64,000 nt of DNA from contig OZ250150.1 in NCBI GenBank assembly GCA_965237675.1, positions 3,456,001 through 3,520,000 of the forward strand, read 5' to 3'. A program made the translations under genes and the position numbers. A model generated the notes under the pieces. The model saw only the letters and a program-made list of their open reading frames with translations, was not told where the DNA came from and did not search any database. Of the stretch, positions 61,724-64,000 are shown piece by piece. The stretch is from Candidatus Latescibacterota bacterium. GTDB lineage: Bacteria > Latescibacterota > UBA2968 > GCA-2709665. The first letter of the stretch is position 1. Each line of letters begins with the position of its first letter.

Positions 61724-63196
61724 GTGTCTGAGGTCATCAGGATTCATTCGGAAAATGCGAAGGTTTTCGATTATCACGGGCGCCCGATGGTACTGCTTTG
61801 TGCGACCGAACACTACGGCGCGGTTGTGAACAGACCGTTTCGGTTTGAGAGATACCTGGCGGACGCGGCCGAACGGGGGCAGACGCTCACACGGCTGTTT
61901 ACGCTGTTCAGAGAGTTGCAGACGCCCGTGAATCCATATTCAACCTGCAAGCCCGAATCGCCGGATTATATCGCGCCGTTCGAGCGGACCGGGCCAGGAA
62001 ATGCACTGGACGGACAACCGCGGTACGATCTGACGCGGTGGAATCCCGAGTTTTTCGAGCGCTTGCACGCATTTCTGTCTCTTGCGGAGGGGTATGGGAT
62101 TATTGTCGAAGTGGTACTCTTCAGCAACACCTACAAGGACGAGGTCTGGGCGCTCAACCCGCTGAATCCCGCCAACAATATTACAATGGATCCGCCGGAT
62201 ACGCCAGTCCCCTGGCAGGAGTACATGACGTGTCGGCGGAAGGATCTGCTGGACTGGCAGCGCGCGCATGTTCGGCGTATTATAGAGGAGACCAACCGGT
62301 ACGGAAATGTGATCTATGAGATCTGCAACGAACCCTGTCACTTTCCAGGGCCCGACGATCTGCCCGATGCGGAGGAGGTGAACGGCTGGCAGGCTCAATT
62401 CATCGCGCAGATTCGCGACCTTGAAAAAGCGATGCCGAATCGGCATCTGATCGCCGGACAGGAGGCGATGACGATCCGGCCATTCGACCAGCCCAGCGAC
62501 GGTTCATTCGAGTCGATGGATTTCGACGTTGTGAATATCCACCCGCTGCCCAATACCCTCTGCAAGGGCCGCAGCTATGATCTTGGTGACTTCATGTCCA
62601 AGCAGCTCAAGTTACTGGCGTTTCGGGAGTTTACGCTTGCAACCTACGATCGGTCCAAGCCTCTCAACCACGATGAAGACAACATCGCCACCCAGTATAA
62701 GGAAGTCGAGGGATGGACGGTGCACCGCAAGCGGGCCTGGACGGCGCTGTTTTCCGGCGCTCACTATGATATGATCGATTTTTCGATCTTGCCGTACCTC
62801 GAGGCGGGAACACCCGACTCGCGGGACGGGATTCGGAGGTGGATGGGTCATTTGTCCGGCTTTATCCATTCAATGGATCTCGAAAGGGCGCGGCCGATAA
62901 GGGGCTGGTTGCACGAACAACCGGAACATACGATCGAATCGGTGTTCGCCGTTTCGGGCGAGGACTATTGCGTCTATCTGGCAGACGGACGCGAGCGGGA
63001 CGAGGGTGGATGCGGTGAGCCGATCGCAGGAAGGCTCTGTTTTGATCTGCCCCATGGTGCATTTGACGCGGCCTGTTTTTCGCCCGTAGACGGTGTCTAT
63101 TCTCCCTGGCTCCCGCTCTGCGGCGGCGAAATGAAACGCGTGGTTTTACCCGCGTTTCAGCACGATATCGTGGTACGTATCAGGAAATCGGAGTAA
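61724..63196 (+). CDS. Clan GH-A-like TIM-barrel glycoside hydrolase-like protein
   Basis: YDLTRWNPEFFERL, IIVEVVLF, NVIYEICNEP, NIH, KPLNHDE; GTG start; no signal peptide. Confidence 0.7.
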   Translation: MSEVIRIHSENAKVFDYHGRPMVLLCATEHYGAVVNRPFRFERYLADAAERGQTLTRLFTLFRELQTPVNPYSTCKPESPDYIAPFERTGPGNALDGQPRYDLTRWNPEFFERLHAFLSLAEGYGIIVEVVLFSNTYKDEVWALNPLNPANNITMDPPDTPVPWQEYMTCRRKDLLDWQRAHVRRIIEETNRYGNVIYEICNEPCHFPGPDDLPDAEEVNGWQAQFIAQIRDLEKAMPNRHLIAGQEAMTIRPFDQPSDGSFESMDFDVVNIHPLPNTLCKGRSYDLGDFMSKQLKLLAFREFTLATYDRSKPLNHDEDNIATQYKEVEGWTVHRKRAWTALFSGAHYDMIDFSILPYLEAGTPDSRDGIRRWMGHLSGFIHSMDLERARPIRGWLHEQPEHTIESVFAVSGEDYCVYLADGRERDEGGCGEPIAGRLCFDLPHGAFDAACFSPVDGVYSPWLPLCGGEMKRVVLPAFQHDIVVRIRKSE

Positions 63197-63199
63197 GCG

Positions 63200-64000
63200 A
63201 TGGGACGGCTCCAGGGGCAAGCTGCATGGGTGAGCGGCGGCGCATCCGGCATGGGAGAAGCCACGGCCGAGTTGTTTGCTGCCGAAGGCGCCCGGGTTGC
63301 CGTTGTGGACGTACAGGTGGAACGTGGCCGCCAGGTGGTGGAACGCATTGCCGAACAGGGTGGAGAGGCGATTTTTCTGTCGTGCGATGTGGCGATGGGA
63401 GAGCATGTGCGGGATTCAATCGAAGCAACCGTGGCGCGTTTCGGTGAGTTGCAGACGGTTGTGAATTGTGCCGGAATTGTGCATGTCGCCTGTCTGCATG
63501 AGTATTCCGAAGAGGATTGGGATCGGTTGATGGGGGTCAATCTCAAGTCAATCTTCTTCTCGCTCAAGTACGGTATTGCCTATTTCAGGCGACACACGCG
63601 CAGTTATATGGTGAATATCGGATCGGTAGGCAGTTTTATCGGTCAGGCGGCCACACCCGCCTATACCGCATCCAAGCACGCGGTGCTGGGATTGAGCCGG
63701 TCGATCGCTCTGGATTATGCCGTGGACGGGCTGCGCTGTAACTGTATCTGTCCCGGCATTACGGATACACCCATGCTGCGGTACCATCTGAATACGACAC
63801 CGGATCCGGAAGGTACGCTGGCACAACGCCTGAAACGCGTTCCGACAGGAGCCGTCATCAGACCGTCGGACGTGGCACGGGCAGCGCTTTACTTCTGTTC
63901 CGCGGCGTCCGAAGGAATTACCGGCACGTCCCTGGTGATCGATGGCGGGTATATCGCCGCCGCGGAGTGGGACACGCCGGGTCCGACACGTTTTACGGAG
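63200..64000 (+). CDS. SDR-family oxidoreductase (3' end runs off the window; absent from ORF track)
   Basis: ATG 63200: MGRLQGQAAWVSGGASGMG, VNCAG, VNIGS, YTASK, ICPGITDT, IDGG; no stop before 64000. Confidence 0.92.
   Translation, partial: MGRLQGQAAWVSGGASGMGEATAELFAAEGARVAVVDVQVERGRQVVERIAEQGGEAIFLSCDVAMGEHVRDSIEATVARFGELQTVVNCAGIVHVACLHEYSEEDWDRLMGVNLKSIFFSLKYGIAYFRRHTRSYMVNIGSVGSFIGQAATPAYTASKHAVLGLSRSIALDYAVDGLRCNCICPGITDTPMLRYHLNTTPDPEGTLAQRLKRVPTGAVIRPSDVARAALYFCSAASEGITGTSLVIDGGYIAAAEWDTPGPTRFTE

Overview
High-GC bacterial chromosomal window, most likely from an FCB-group lineage such as Latescibacterota (inferred from a C-terminal 'ADFDGDGxxGFxDF' dockerin/EF-hand module, a Bacteroidetes-type short sigma70 and 16S signatures). 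It holds a complete rrn operon (16S, tRNA-Ile, tRNA-Ala, 23S, 5S), an EF-G paralog, a long + strand housekeeping run (yebC-ruvCAB-tsaB-rimI-holB-metG-tatD-rsmA-ilvE-proC-hisHF-proB-ftsB-recO-valS-PBP1A), a - strand run (rho-rpmE-prfA-prmC, two heparinase II/III-like genes, xth, an aldolase, a polyprenyl synthase, secDF), a kinase/NtrC/sigma54-promoter/EIIA/sigma70/HU regulatory block and a catabolic cluster. Main finding: two ORF-track fragments at the left end join in frame through a UGA into one exported selenoprotein (UxxC redoxin + Ig-like + dockerin-like domains, with a SECIS-like hairpin). It is the last gene of an operon with a TlpA reductase and a Cys-tailed outer-membrane barrel, suggesting an envelope thiol/selenol redox relay. 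Also notable: an apparent sigma54-to-sigma70 cascade, non-canonical 23S A-loop and H71 sequences, a 16S site mismatched to EUB338/341F, and a catalytically dead hydrolase lipoprotein. I saw no CRISPR array, IS element or prophage. All family assignments are from motif recognition by eye, not database searches.
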